Assembly: GCA_020348065.1 (NCBI GenBank)
Contig: CP070742.1
Coordinates: 1,765,721 to 1,829,720 of the forward strand
Length of the DNA: 64,000 nt
Origin: Candidatus Zixiibacteriota bacterium
Lineage (GTDB): Bacteria > Zixibacteria > MSB-5A5 > UBA10806
Direction: 5' to 3'
Below the pieces are notes generated by a model, which had not been told where the DNA came from, ran no database searches, and saw only the letters and a program-made list of their open reading frames with translations. Made by a program: the position numbers and the translations under genes. This document shows, piece after piece, positions 50,281 to 60,230 of this stretch (positions are counted from its first letter, which is position 1; every line of letters starts with the position of its first letter).

Positions 50281-50593
50281 TCGATTCCGTTCCCTTTAAA
50301 TTCTTCTCCTGAAAATAACTTTATAATCATATATACAAAATCAAGTGCGGTCTATTTGTTTGCGCGGTTCAAATCCCCGCATAATATGGAGCCCGCAATA
50401 TATCCGGAAACAAAAACGCGCCATCGGGATCTTCGTTTAAAATGCCTCAATATCGACCCGTTATTTCTGCCAACGGTACCCTGTTTTTTCTCCGTTGCCT
50501 TTTGAAACCCGGGTAGAATTGCTGAAAATTGTTTGACCTTATACGTCCCGATCTGGTTTAAAGTATTTTCCGCCAGGCCGATAAATCTAATGT

Positions 50594-51094
50594 ATGAGAA
50601 AATTTATTTTATGTATTCTGCCTATTTTAGTAGTGTTCGCCGCTTGTTCCGGGCCGGTGAAAGACGCGAAATACGATCTCCCTGCCCGGCCGCTTCATGG
50701 TAAGGACGCTAAAAAACTCCTTACCGGGGCGTCGAAACATATCGGCGAACCATACCAATACGGCGGGGTTTCCTCAAAAGGATGGGATTGCTCCGGATTT
50801 GTCCATGGCATGTTTAAAAGATATCTGGGCGTAAACCTGCCCAGGGAAACCGGCGGATTGTATTCGGCGAGTGTATGTGTAAGAGCCAAAAACTCCCGTC
50901 CCGGCGATCTCGTATTTTTCAGGATAGAATCGGGCAAACCGTCTCACGTGGGGATTTACGCCGGCAATAACAGGTTTATCCACTCTTCAACCTCCGGCGG
51001 CGTAATGGTCTCCAGACTCAGCGAAGACTATTACAGGCAGCGTCTTATCGGCTATCGAAGAATCCGCCACGGATTTCTGGCGAACAGTCGCTGA
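50594..51094 (+). CDS. NlpC/P60 family cell-wall peptidase lipoprotein
   Basis: Lipoprotein signal (LVVFAACSG). Catalytic Cys in GWDCSGFV and the conserved His in HVGIYAGN. Confidence 0.85.
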   Translation: MRKFILCILPILVVFAACSGPVKDAKYDLPARPLHGKDAKKLLTGASKHIGEPYQYGGVSSKGWDCSGFVHGMFKRYLGVNLPRETGGLYSASVCVRAKNSRPGDLVFFRIESGKPSHVGIYAGNNRFIHSSTSGGVMVSRLSEDYYRQRLIGYRRIRHGFLANSR

Positions 51095-51164
51095 CCGCCA
51101 GATTTTTGTTGCAACCCGGCTGAAAATATCATAAAAACCGGTAAACATCAAGAAGGAGGAATGT

Positions 51165-51476
51165 TTGATAGTAACGACTACTCCAAGCATTGAGGGAAAG
51201 GAAATTAAGGACTATATCGGGGTCGTTACCGGCGAAGCCATTATGGGCGCCAACGTTTTCCGGGATTTTTTCGCTTCCATCACCGATATCGTCGGGGGAC
51301 GGTCGGCGGCTTATGAGAAGGAGCTGAACAAAGCGCGAACGGTGGCGATGGATGAGATGACGCAACAGGCGAAGGATCTCGGGGGAAATGCCGTGGTCGG
51401 TGTCGATCTGGATTATGAGGTGATCCGCGACGGCATGTTGATGGTAACCGTTTCCGGTACCGCCGTCAAAATATAG
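51165..51476 (+). CDS. ybjQ: YbjQ/UPF0145 family protein
   Basis: 103 aa; [37 protein letters not shown] is typical of UPF0145. TTG start 4 nt after an AAGGAGGA RBS. Confidence 0.7.
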   Translation: MIVTTTPSIEGKEIKDYIGVVTGEAIMGANVFRDFFASITDIVGGRSAAYEKELNKARTVAMDEMTQQAKDLGGNAVVGVDLDYEVIRDGMLMVTVSGTAVKI

Positions 51477-51537
51477 AGAGTCGGTCCGGCGAAAGTTCTT
51501 TCAGACTGTATATTTTATAAACTTTACTGCTGTTTAG

Positions 51538-52293
51538 TTATTGCTTGAACCTGAGCAGCCAGATATCTCCGAAAACGGAACCGTCAATTTTATATCTGCC
51601 GTCGGAGCGGATGAAAACCATCATCCTGTCATCCGACGAGAAACTTGTCATGTAATCGATGAGGTCGTTTTCGCGCTCGATAATGTAGTTTTCATCGGAC
51701 TCCAGATCGAAAATGATAATCCATGAAGGATTCCAATCGAGCAATCCGGAAATATAACGGCCGCCGTTCGAGAATTTTCCCAGGAAACAGGAGATATCCC
51801 CGTATGTCAACTGCGAGATCTGATCCTTGTTGCTAATATAGATTTTTCTCTTTCGCGATGGTCCGTCCTCCTCGGTTTCGAATGCAAAGATTCCGCTGTC
51901 GGGAGAATTTATCGCTATGGTAATGGATTCGCCCGCCACCTCCGGCAATTCCGTCTTGTCCACATAATTTAACGCGGGATATTCGTAGTCGGTTGATAAG
52001 GTGAGCAGTTCCATCGTGTTTATGTTTATTCCGAACGGTTTAATGAGATCTTTATACTCTTTTCCCGATGCCGCTTCGTGATCCGGCGCCAGAAGCCTTC
52101 TGAAATAAATTATGGTATCCCCCGGAGCGAAAATCGGATAAATACATCTACCATCCTGCGTCAACCGTTCAAGATTAGATATTTCGGACGCGTGTTTCAG
52201 GGAGTTGAGAAACCTGTTGGGTCTTTCGGACGGCTGTTTATTTTCGGCGCAACCAAAGGAAAGTATCAATAGCATTAAGACTGTTTTTTTCAT
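51538..52293 (-). CDS. Hypothetical lipoprotein
   Basis: Signal peptide plus lipobox LSFGC; no motif I can recognise; divergent from the efflux operon. Confidence 0.5.
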   Translation of the reverse strand: MKKTVLMLLILSFGCAENKQPSERPNRFLNSLKHASEISNLERLTQDGRCIYPIFAPGDTIIYFRRLLAPDHEAASGKEYKDLIKPFGININTMELLTLSTDYEYPALNYVDKTELPEVAGESITIAINSPDSGIFAFETEEDGPSRKRKIYISNKDQISQLTYGDISCFLGKFSNGGRYISGLLDWNPSWIIIFDLESDENYIIERENDLIDYMTSFSSDDRMMVFIRSDGRYKIDGSVFGDIWLLRFKQ

Positions 52294-52424
52294 AACATGA
52301 ATATATGGGTCCTCGATAGAAATGTCAATTATGCGGCTGAGGCTTTTTATGATCTTGACTATATCAGAATGAAGTTGTAATTAGCCGGATAGGAAATGAC
52401 AACTAATTTGAAGGACGGTACCCG

Positions 52425-53303
52425 GTGAAAAGGATTTTTGTAATAATCGGCGTGTTCGCGGTCTTGCTGATTATTCTAATCGTGTATCTCTCCCGGCAAA
52501 GGGTCTCCGGTACGGATAGCATAAAACTCTCCGGCACGGTGGAAGCGGTTGAAATCGATCTGGCGTTTAAAACCGGCGGCCAGATAGCGTCGATCAGCTT
52601 TGATGAAGGAGACAATGTTGCTGAAGGCGACACCACGGCCGAATTGACACACAATGAGATCAGGGCTCAGATTCAGCTGGCCGAGGATCGTATCTCCGCC
52701 GCTCAGGCGCGGTTGAAATCGCTGAAAATAGAAAAGGAGTCCGCGGAGCGTAATCTTAAAAAAATCGCCAATCTCGTTCCCGCCGGCGGCGCGACCCAAA
52801 ACCAGAAGGAGGACCTGGAGGACAGAATCCGCGTTCTTGAAGCTAACATAGAGGGGGCATCAAGCGATATAAAATCGGCCGGGTCTCAGAGGGATCTTTT
52901 GTTGGAAAATCTTAAAAATGAATATTTAATCTCTCCTTTAACCGGGAAGGTACTGTTGAGATCCGCCGAACCCGGAGAAATAGCCAGACCGGGCCAGACT
53001 GTTCTGACCGTTATAGACAACCGCAACCTGGAAATTAAAGTTTATATTCCCGAAAAATATCTCGGCCGCGTGAAAATCGGCCAGGATGTCGGTATAGCCA
53101 TAGATTCATTTGAAGATAAAATCTTTCCCGGTATTGTTGCCAGCATCGCTGATAAAGCCGAATTCACCCCCAAAAATATTCAGACAAAAGAAGAACGCGT
53201 CAAAACCGTATACGCCGTTACGGTCAGCTCCGGCAATCATGGGGGGATATTGAAACCGGGAATGCCCTGTGATGTCTTGATCGATTTTGAGCCCCCGTTA
53301 TGA
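52425..53303 (+). CDS. HlyD-family membrane fusion protein (YbhG-like)
   Basis: N-terminal TM helix, coiled-coil region, and biotin-lipoyl-like and beta-barrel segments; GTG start. Confidence 0.8.
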   Translation: MKRIFVIIGVFAVLLIILIVYLSRQRVSGTDSIKLSGTVEAVEIDLAFKTGGQIASISFDEGDNVAEGDTTAELTHNEIRAQIQLAEDRISAAQARLKSLKIEKESAERNLKKIANLVPAGGATQNQKEDLEDRIRVLEANIEGASSDIKSAGSQRDLLLENLKNEYLISPLTGKVLLRSAEPGEIARPGQTVLTVIDNRNLEIKVYIPEKYLGRVKIGQDVGIAIDSFEDKIFPGIVASIADKAEFTPKNIQTKEERVKTVYAVTVSSGNHGGILKPGMPCDVLIDFEPPL

Positions 53304-54211
53304 TCGAGATCAAAGGCCTGAAGAAAAAATTCGGGGATAACGAGGCTCTTTGCGGGATAGATCTAACGGTGGACTCCAATATCATTTTCGCTATTGTCGG
53401 GCCCGATGGAGCCGGAAAAACAACCCTCTTGCGCATACTGGCCGGTATAATGACTCCGAACGATGGCAGCATAAATGTCCTCGGGCATGATATAGTAAAA
53501 AATCCCGAGGCCGCCAAAAGATACACAGGTTATCTCTCCCAGAAATTTTCTTTGAATCCCACTCTCACGGTAGCGGAAAATATCGATTTCTTCGGAACGC
53601 TTTACGAAGTGCCCAACAGCCTGAAAGAGGAACGATTAAAGCGGCTTTTGGAATTTTCTCGTCTGGGGCCTTTTAAGGACAGGCAGGCCGGAAAACTCTC
53701 CGGCGGAATGAAACAGAAACTCGCCCTGTGCTGCGCCCTGATACATACTCCCAGGATATTGCTTTTGGACGAGCCGACCACCGGAGTCGATCCCATATCC
53801 CGGCGCGAACTCTGGGAGATACTCTATGATCTGCTGGCCCAGGGCGTTTTGATCCTCATATCGACTCCGTATATGGACGAAGCCGAACGGGCCGGGGAAA
53901 TTATGATGCTTCATCGGGGCAGGACGCTCGCCGGAGGCGGCCTGGAGGATTTGAAATCGAAGTTTAAACATAAACTGTATGAAATGATATGCGATGACAG
54001 CCGCAAGGCGTTTGTTCTCCTATCAGAGCGAGTCGGCGGCGAACGGGTGGTATTTTTCGGCGATAAGCTTCATCTGGCCTTAGATAGCGATCAGGAATCG
54101 CAAAACCTCAAAAACCTCCTCTCGGATTCCGGCCTGAAGATTGATTCGCTCCATCCGATCTCTCCCGGACTCGAAGATGTTTTCATGCAGGAGCTGTTGG
54201 TTGAAAAATAA
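53300..54211 (+). CDS. ABC transporter ATP-binding protein (first half of a YbhF-like pair)
   Basis: Walker A GPDGAGKTT, signature LSGGMKQK, Walker B LLLDEPTTGVD. Confidence 0.85.
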   Translation: MIEIKGLKKKFGDNEALCGIDLTVDSNIIFAIVGPDGAGKTTLLRILAGIMTPNDGSINVLGHDIVKNPEAAKRYTGYLSQKFSLNPTLTVAENIDFFGTLYEVPNSLKEERLKRLLEFSRLGPFKDRQAGKLSGGMKQKLALCCALIHTPRILLLDEPTTGVDPISRRELWEILYDLLAQGVLILISTPYMDEAERAGEIMMLHRGRTLAGGGLEDLKSKFKHKLYEMICDDSRKAFVLLSERVGGERVVFFGDKLHLALDSDQESQNLKNLLSDSGLKIDSLHPISPGLEDVFMQELLVEK

Positions 54212-55163
54212 TAACGATTCTGCCCATATCGCCGTTAAAGTCCGGAATATGACAAAAAAATTCGACAGTTTCACCGCCGTCGATAATATTAGTTTCGATG
54301 TTAAAAGGGGAGAGATCTTCGGGTTTCTGGGGCCGAATGGCGCCGGCAAATCGACCACCATCAGGATCCTCTGCGGAATAATCGAATTAACCTCGGGAAA
54401 GGGATTTGTCGACGGCTATTCCATATTGAAAGAACGGGATAAAATCAAACGAAATACCGGATATATGTCTCAAAAATTCTCGCTTTACGAGGACCTCACT
54501 CCCTACGAAAATCTCGAATTTTACGGCGGGGTTTACGGTCTCGATTCGAATACCAGAAAAAAAAGGATCCAGTGGGCTTTGAATATGTCGGATCTGACCG
54601 AACGGCGTGACGATCTGACCTCCGATCTGCCCATGGGGTATAAGCAACGATTGGCTCTGGGAGCGTCCCTTCTTCATGAGCCGTCAATACTGTTCCTGGA
54701 CGAGCCCACGGCGGGCGTCGATCCTCTGTCGCGCCGTGCTTTCTGGGATCTTATCTACGACCAGGCCCAATCGGGGGTCACCGTTTTCGTTACAACCCAT
54801 TATATGGACGAGGCCGAACATTGCGACCGAATAGCTTTCATCGACAGCGGAAAACTGATCCGACTCGATTCCCCGGCTGCCTTGAAGCAGACGGATTTGA
54901 AAGAAAATATCATCGAAATCGTCTCCGATGATTGGATGAAAACCTTTAACGCTCTTAGAGAGATGACGAAAAGCTTCGGCCATGTCTCTTTGTTCGGGAC
55001 CAGCATACATCTGGGTTTTATCGGCGACGATTACAGCGTCGTAAAATCCTATTTGAGCGATAAAAACATCGACGTAAAATCGATGAGGCCGGTGGTTCCC
55101 TCGCTGGAAGACGTTTTCGTTTCGCTGCTTAAGCCGCAAAGAATCGAGGAGGCTTTGAAGTGA
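54201..55163 (+). CDS. ABC transporter ATP-binding protein (second half of a YbhF-like pair)
   Basis: GPNGAGKST, signature region MGYKQRLAL, and FLDEPTAGVD. Start set at the TTG that overlaps the upstream stop (MKNNNDSAHIAVKVRNMTKKF); the ATG at NMTKKF is the alternative. Confidence 0.8.
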   Translation: MKNNNDSAHIAVKVRNMTKKFDSFTAVDNISFDVKRGEIFGFLGPNGAGKSTTIRILCGIIELTSGKGFVDGYSILKERDKIKRNTGYMSQKFSLYEDLTPYENLEFYGGVYGLDSNTRKKRIQWALNMSDLTERRDDLTSDLPMGYKQRLALGASLLHEPSILFLDEPTAGVDPLSRRAFWDLIYDQAQSGVTVFVTTHYMDEAEHCDRIAFIDSGKLIRLDSPAALKQTDLKENIIEIVSDDWMKTFNALREMTKSFGHVSLFGTSIHLGFIGDDYSVVKSYLSDKNIDVKSMRPVVPSLEDVFVSLLKPQRIEEALK

Positions 55164-56272
55164 TGCGGTATCTCGCGGTAATGCAGCGTGAGACGATCAC
55201 AATAACACGCGACAAAAGACTCCTGTTAATCGTGGTGTTTTTCCCTTTGTTGCTTCTGATAATATACGGTTACGGCGTGACTTTTGATATCATGCATGTG
55301 CCGATCGCCGTTTATGATCAATCGAACAGCGTGATTTCGAGGGAGCTGATAGACCGTTATTATGCTTCGGAATATTTCAAGATTACGGAATTCACCCGCT
55401 CTCGACAGAGGATCGATGAGCTGTTAATTAACGATGATATCATTATAGGTTTGGTTATTCCTCCTGATTTTGCCGGAAATATGAAATCCCGAAAGGGAGG
55501 GGTGGTTCAGGTCCTTATCAACGGTTCCGACGCCAACACCGCCAGCGTCGCCCTGGGCTATCACGCCGCGGTTTTCGCCGATTTTACCGGAAAATACTTT
55601 AAGCTGCCGGAAAATATCTCGTTTCCCGAAGTACAGGCCGAAAACCGAATATGGTACAATCCCGGATTGAAATCATCAAACTTCATTGTGCCCGGAATAA
55701 TCGCCATAATTATGATGCTCATGGGGGCCATCCTGACCTCCACGGCTATAGTAAAAGAAAAAGAGAGCGGGACAATTGAACAGATTGTGGCCTCGCCGGT
55801 AAAGTCCTGGGAGTATATTGCCGGCAAGATCTCTCCCTATATAATTATTTCGCTGTTCGACGTTATCCTTGTGGTTACGGCGGCGTATTTCATCTTTGAT
55901 GTTCCCGTCAGAGGAAGCCTGCTGCAGCTCGGTTTTTTCGCCATTCTGTTTCTCGCCAACGCCCTCGGCGTAGGGCTGTTCGTGTCCTCGGTTTCGAAGA
56001 ATGTGGTCGGCGCGCAGATGATGGCGGCGCTTATCAGCCTGTTGCCTTCTATTCTGCTTTCCGGTTTTGTTTTTCCCATAGGAAGTATGCCGAAAACGAT
56101 CCAGGCAATTACATATCTGGTCCCGGCCCGCTATTTTCTGGAAGTATTGAGGGGCATTTTCCTGAAAGGGACCGGTGTTTCAATCCTGTGGCCTCAAGGG
56201 CTTTTTCTGTGCGCAAACGCCATGTTTTTTTTAAGCCTGGCTTCATTTAAATTCAAAAAGACCCTGGATTGA
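55160..56272 (+). CDS. ABC-2 type transporter permease (YbhS/YbhR-like)
   Basis: One N-terminal TM segment, a large extracytoplasmic loop, then five C-terminal TM segments. Confidence 0.75.
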   Translation: MMRYLAVMQRETITITRDKRLLLIVVFFPLLLLIIYGYGVTFDIMHVPIAVYDQSNSVISRELIDRYYASEYFKITEFTRSRQRIDELLINDDIIIGLVIPPDFAGNMKSRKGGVVQVLINGSDANTASVALGYHAAVFADFTGKYFKLPENISFPEVQAENRIWYNPGLKSSNFIVPGIIAIIMMLMGAILTSTAIVKEKESGTIEQIVASPVKSWEYIAGKISPYIIISLFDVILVVTAAYFIFDVPVRGSLLQLGFFAILFLANALGVGLFVSSVSKNVVGAQMMAALISLLPSILLSGFVFPIGSMPKTIQAITYLVPARYFLEVLRGIFLKGTGVSILWPQGLFLCANAMFFLSLASFKFKKTLD

Positions 56273-57393
56273 TGAGTCGCATTTATTTTATCGCCTGGAA
56301 AGAGCTCATTCAGCTTCTGCGGGATCGCAGGACGTTGACTTTGATTTTAATCGCGCCGGTAATTCAGCTCATAGTCTTCGGATACGTGGCAACCACCGAA
56401 GTAAAAAAAAACAGAATGGTCGTATGCGATTACAGCAGAACGCCCGACAGCCGCGATTTCATAGGCAGGTTTCTCTCCAGCGGCTATTTCGAGATCTACG
56501 ATTATGTGACCGATGCAAATAAACTCGACAAGTATCTGGATAAGGGCAAGGCCGTGGTAGGGATCATTATTCCGCCCGATTTTTCAGATAAAATTAAAAA
56601 TGCCGAAAATACAGACGTGGGAATCTATATCGACGGTACCAATTCCAATTTGGCCACGATTCTCTCCGGCTACCTGAAAATGATCACCAGCCAGTATTCC
56701 AGCGAAATAAGCTTTGAACATATAAAAGGGCTGGGGATAAATCCCCCCCATATCGTCGAATCCAGATCCAGGGTCTGGTTTAATGAGGAATTGAAATCGG
56801 TCAATTTCATGGTGCCGGGTGTGATGGCCATGCTCACCCTGATGCTGCTTCTGAATTTGACCGCCCTCGCCATCGTCAGAGAAAGGGAAAGCGGCACCGC
56901 CGAACAGCTATCGGTGACCCCCATAAGACCCATCGAATTGATTATGGGGAAAATTATTCCGCCGGTCTTTATAGGATATCTTGTAATTACACTGGTTATG
57001 GTTGTAGGCCTGGTATGGTTTAATATAGGCTTCGCGGGTTCCGTTTTACTCCTTTATTTTTTCGCGCTGTTTTTTGTGATCGCAGCGCTCTCGGCGGGCC
57101 TCTTGATTTCCACTTTTTCCCAGACCGCCGACCAGGCAATGTGGACAAACCAGGTTTTCATTATCCCCAATATTCTGCTTTCGGGATTTATATTCCCCAT
57201 TTCCAACATGCCTGAGCCCATTCAGATTGCAACCTATTTCCTGCCAATGAGATACTTCCTGCAAATCATCAGGGGGATTTTCATGCGGGGCGCCGGCTTC
57301 GCGCAGCACTGGGATGAAGCGTTAGTTCTATTGCTTTGGGGAGTTGCGGTGATATTTCTTGCATCCGTAAGGTTGAAAAAAAGGCTGGTTTAG
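56272..57393 (+). CDS. ABC-2 type transporter permease (paralog)
   Basis: Same architecture as the upstream permease and recognisably similar to it; TGATG overlap. Confidence 0.75.
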   Translation: MSRIYFIAWKELIQLLRDRRTLTLILIAPVIQLIVFGYVATTEVKKNRMVVCDYSRTPDSRDFIGRFLSSGYFEIYDYVTDANKLDKYLDKGKAVVGIIIPPDFSDKIKNAENTDVGIYIDGTNSNLATILSGYLKMITSQYSSEISFEHIKGLGINPPHIVESRSRVWFNEELKSVNFMVPGVMAMLTLMLLLNLTALAIVRERESGTAEQLSVTPIRPIELIMGKIIPPVFIGYLVITLVMVVGLVWFNIGFAGSVLLLYFFALFFVIAALSAGLLISTFSQTADQAMWTNQVFIIPNILLSGFIFPISNMPEPIQIATYFLPMRYFLQIIRGIFMRGAGFAQHWDEALVLLLWGVAVIFLASVRLKKRLV

Positions 57394-57438
57394 GGAATAA
57401 TATTTTTATTCATTCGTATAAAACTATGAGAAATAAGG

Positions 57439-57684
57439 ATGGATGATATCGGATCAGGACAGAAAGTGTTGGAATGGATCACGCTGGTTTTGGCTTTAAT
57501 TTTTATCGTAATGGGGATTAGCGTGGTCTCGGGGATCTTTTTTCCCGAAAGGATGTTTCTTGAAGGAGCTATGAGATATGTCTTGGGATTTATTTTGATC
57601 GGATATGGTTTGGTAAGACTGACTATGATAAGCCGTAGATTGAAAAGAGAAAAAAGACAAAAACCGTTTGCAGAAAAAACTTGA
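57439..57684 (+). CDS. Small hypothetical membrane protein
   Basis: 81 aa with two hydrophobic helices and a basic tail; no recognisable family. Confidence 0.4.
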   Translation: MDDIGSGQKVLEWITLVLALIFIVMGISVVSGIFFPERMFLEGAMRYVLGFILIGYGLVRLTMISRRLKREKRQKPFAEKT

Positions 57685-57724
57685 CTTTGATTATGAATTT
57701 GGTATGTTACAAACTTAATTTATT

Positions 57725-59452
57725 ATGGGGTCTTTTGTTATGGGAGGTAACCCGATTTTGAAAAACTTGGTTTTTACAGCATTCGCGATAATCGGAATGA
57801 CGTCAATAGCGCTGGCCGGACCGGCTGATGAAGCGTTGGATAAAGCTCAAGCGCTTTTTGATAAAGGCGATTTTCAAGACGCGGCCACGACCGCCGCTGA
57901 GGGACTGAAGACCGATCCGGAACATTTCAAACTACTCAGGATTTCAGGCCAGATTCAGCTTGAACTCGGCCAGCACGGACAGGCCCTGGAGTTTTTTGAA
58001 AAAGCATTGGGTCAAAAAAGCAAAGACATCGAAACCCTTTACGGCGCCGGGATGTCGGCTCTGAAAATCGGGGAATACAACAAGGCCGCCGAATATTTCC
58101 AGCGGGGTTTGGACCGCAAAAAGCAGGCCAGATTTTATTACGGCCTGGGCATGGCGCAGACTGAACTCGGGAACTACTCCGAAGCCGACCTGAACCTTAG
58201 AAAAGCGATCGATAAAGAAGAGACCGTTGCCGAATACCATCTCGCCCTGGCCGAGGAAAACTACCGTTACAAGGTTTATCCCATTGCCATCAACGAATTT
58301 AAAAAGGCTGTTGAGCTGGATTCGACCCTGGAAAAAACCGTACCCGATCTGTATTATAAAATCGGCGAATCTTACCTCAATCTGCAAAATATATTACAGG
58401 CCATATTCTATTACAAAAAAGGTCTCGAGCTTTTCCCGGATGATATAGTCGCCTGGAAAAAACTGGCCCGCATATGCGAGGTCGCCAATAAGCCTGCGGA
58501 CGCGGTTTATTGCATTGAAAATGTTGTCAGAATTGCGCCGGATGACGGAGAGTGGTGGTTTAAGCTCGCCGGGAATTACCTCAACATAAAAAATAGGGAA
58601 AAAGCAACCGAATCATATGAAAAGGCTATAGGACTGGATTATAATGTCGCAGAATCTTTCGGACAGCTCGCTCTGCTATACGCTGATCTTGATCAATACG
58701 AGAAAGCCTGGGATGCCTATACACGTTACGAAGCGACCTTCGGTCCGCCGGACAGCACGCTTTACTGGTATGAAAAAGGAAAGGTGGGCATTAAGCTGGG
58801 TTCGAAAAATATGGCCTTTTTCGATTCTGCCCTTTATGCTTTTAAGAAGGCGATTGAACTTGATTCGACCTTCTCTTCATCATATGAATACGCCGGGCTT
58901 GCATATTACTTCAAAAGACAATATTCAAATGCTATCCCCTATTTCAAAAAGAAAATAGAACTGGATTCCACCAGCGTGAATTCTCTTAGAAATCTTGCCT
59001 TTTGTTTGCTTAAAGAGGAACGCTACGTGGAAGCCGCGGCAATGCTTGAAAAAGCGTTGGTGGTTAAAGCGGAAGACATTCAAATGCGCACCATGCTGGG
59101 TAAGATATACTCATTCAATAAGAAATACGATGAAGCCGTTCAGCACTTTGAGATTTTACTCAATGATTACAGCGAATCACTTAATGACTCTATAAGATGC
59201 TTAATATACCCCGATTTGGGCTTAAGCTATTTATCCGATGGTAAGTGCACAAAAGCAACTCCGGTCTTGCTTAAAGCCGAACAATGCAATCCCAACGATA
59301 TCAGCGTTCTGCTTAATATCGCCACTTCTTATCATACATGTAATTTGATTAAAGAGGCCAATACATATTACAAAAAAGTTCTGAGAATTGATCCCAATAA
59401 TAAAGATGCTACCAGGGGTAATCTGGAAACAACGATTCAGGGCCAGGAATAA
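57725..59452 (+). CDS. Secreted TPR-repeat protein
   Basis: 575 aa with a signal peptide; at least ten TPR-like repeats. Confidence 0.7.
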   Translation: MGSFVMGGNPILKNLVFTAFAIIGMTSIALAGPADEALDKAQALFDKGDFQDAATTAAEGLKTDPEHFKLLRISGQIQLELGQHGQALEFFEKALGQKSKDIETLYGAGMSALKIGEYNKAAEYFQRGLDRKKQARFYYGLGMAQTELGNYSEADLNLRKAIDKEETVAEYHLALAEENYRYKVYPIAINEFKKAVELDSTLEKTVPDLYYKIGESYLNLQNILQAIFYYKKGLELFPDDIVAWKKLARICEVANKPADAVYCIENVVRIAPDDGEWWFKLAGNYLNIKNREKATESYEKAIGLDYNVAESFGQLALLYADLDQYEKAWDAYTRYEATFGPPDSTLYWYEKGKVGIKLGSKNMAFFDSALYAFKKAIELDSTFSSSYEYAGLAYYFKRQYSNAIPYFKKKIELDSTSVNSLRNLAFCLLKEERYVEAAAMLEKALVVKAEDIQMRTMLGKIYSFNKKYDEAVQHFEILLNDYSESLNDSIRCLIYPDLGLSYLSDGKCTKATPVLLKAEQCNPNDISVLLNIATSYHTCNLIKEANTYYKKVLRIDPNNKDATRGNLETTIQGQE

Positions 59453-59464
59453 CGGAGGAAATTA

Positions 59465-60157
59465 ATGGGTAAGAATGAATCCGATCCCGATGCTATTTAT
59501 AGATATCTCGGTTTTGGAATCGGTCCGGGGAAAATAAAAGAGTTCTGGGAATCCGAAGAAGAAAAGAAAAAATATCTTAAAGACGTTGAGGCGCGGGGCG
59601 GCAGGCCGGCCATCCTCGATCGCGAAAGCTCCATGAAAAATGCTAATCTCATGACCTCTGTCGATAGAATTTTCTCCCTGATAGGCGGGGTGATTCTTAT
59701 AATCGCGTTTTTCTTTCCGATTTATTCGATTGACCCCGATGGCAAAGCCATTTCGGGTTCGGGCATTTCCTATCTTCTCAATCTACCTTTCATCGTATCC
59801 TATGCCTTTGCGGACGGGATTATCATGATCCTGGCCTTTATCATTTTCACCTTGATTCTGCTGGCTTGCCCGGCGGCCGGGGTTTTGAATATTCTGGGTT
59901 TGTTTAACAAAAATAAAGGCGATGAGTATTTGGCCACCGTTAAAAAATACAATCGTTTCACCTATTTTCCGATTATTCTTTACGTCCTTTTAATTGTCGT
60001 GCTGATATTCGGCGCCCCCCATCCGTTCGGATCTCTCGGCATAAGGGCGCTCGGCGACCAACTGGGTTTCGCGGCGATCTTCACCTTGACCAGCTACGGA
60101 TTCTGGCTCTATATCGTGGGCCTGCTGTTCGGATTTGCCCAGTCACGCGGGATCTAA
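59465..60157 (+). CDS. Hypothetical polytopic membrane protein
   Basis: 230 aa; hydrophilic N-terminus followed by about four TM segments; GGAGG RBS. Confidence 0.5.
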   Translation: MGKNESDPDAIYRYLGFGIGPGKIKEFWESEEEKKKYLKDVEARGGRPAILDRESSMKNANLMTSVDRIFSLIGGVILIIAFFFPIYSIDPDGKAISGSGISYLLNLPFIVSYAFADGIIMILAFIIFTLILLACPAAGVLNILGLFNKNKGDEYLATVKKYNRFTYFPIILYVLLIVVLIFGAPHPFGSLGIRALGDQLGFAAIFTLTSYGFWLYIVGLLFGFAQSRGI

Positions 60158-60230
60158 TTTAAGTAGAAAATTGTTCTTTAAGAATAGAAAATGAAGTTAA
60201 AAATAGACTAATTGTAAGGAGGCTGTTGAC

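Noticed and set aside
50112-50312. 66-aa ORF (MGRSLPSVSQFIATAPSQSY...) spanning the hairpin cluster
   Set aside because: The composition is low-complexity (Pro/Ser/Gln-rich) and dictated by the palindromes. It has no RBS and overlaps five stem-loops; treated as non-coding.
50367-50377. GGTTCAAATCC, a tRNA/tmRNA T-loop-like motif, inside the long non-coding gap
   Set aside because: The flanking T-stem has a central mismatch. There is no matching 5' acceptor strand (TATTATG) within 70-90 nt upstream, no D or anticodon arms, and no CCA-proximal tmRNA 3' end. It cannot be called a tRNA, tmRNA or att-site remnant from sequence alone.
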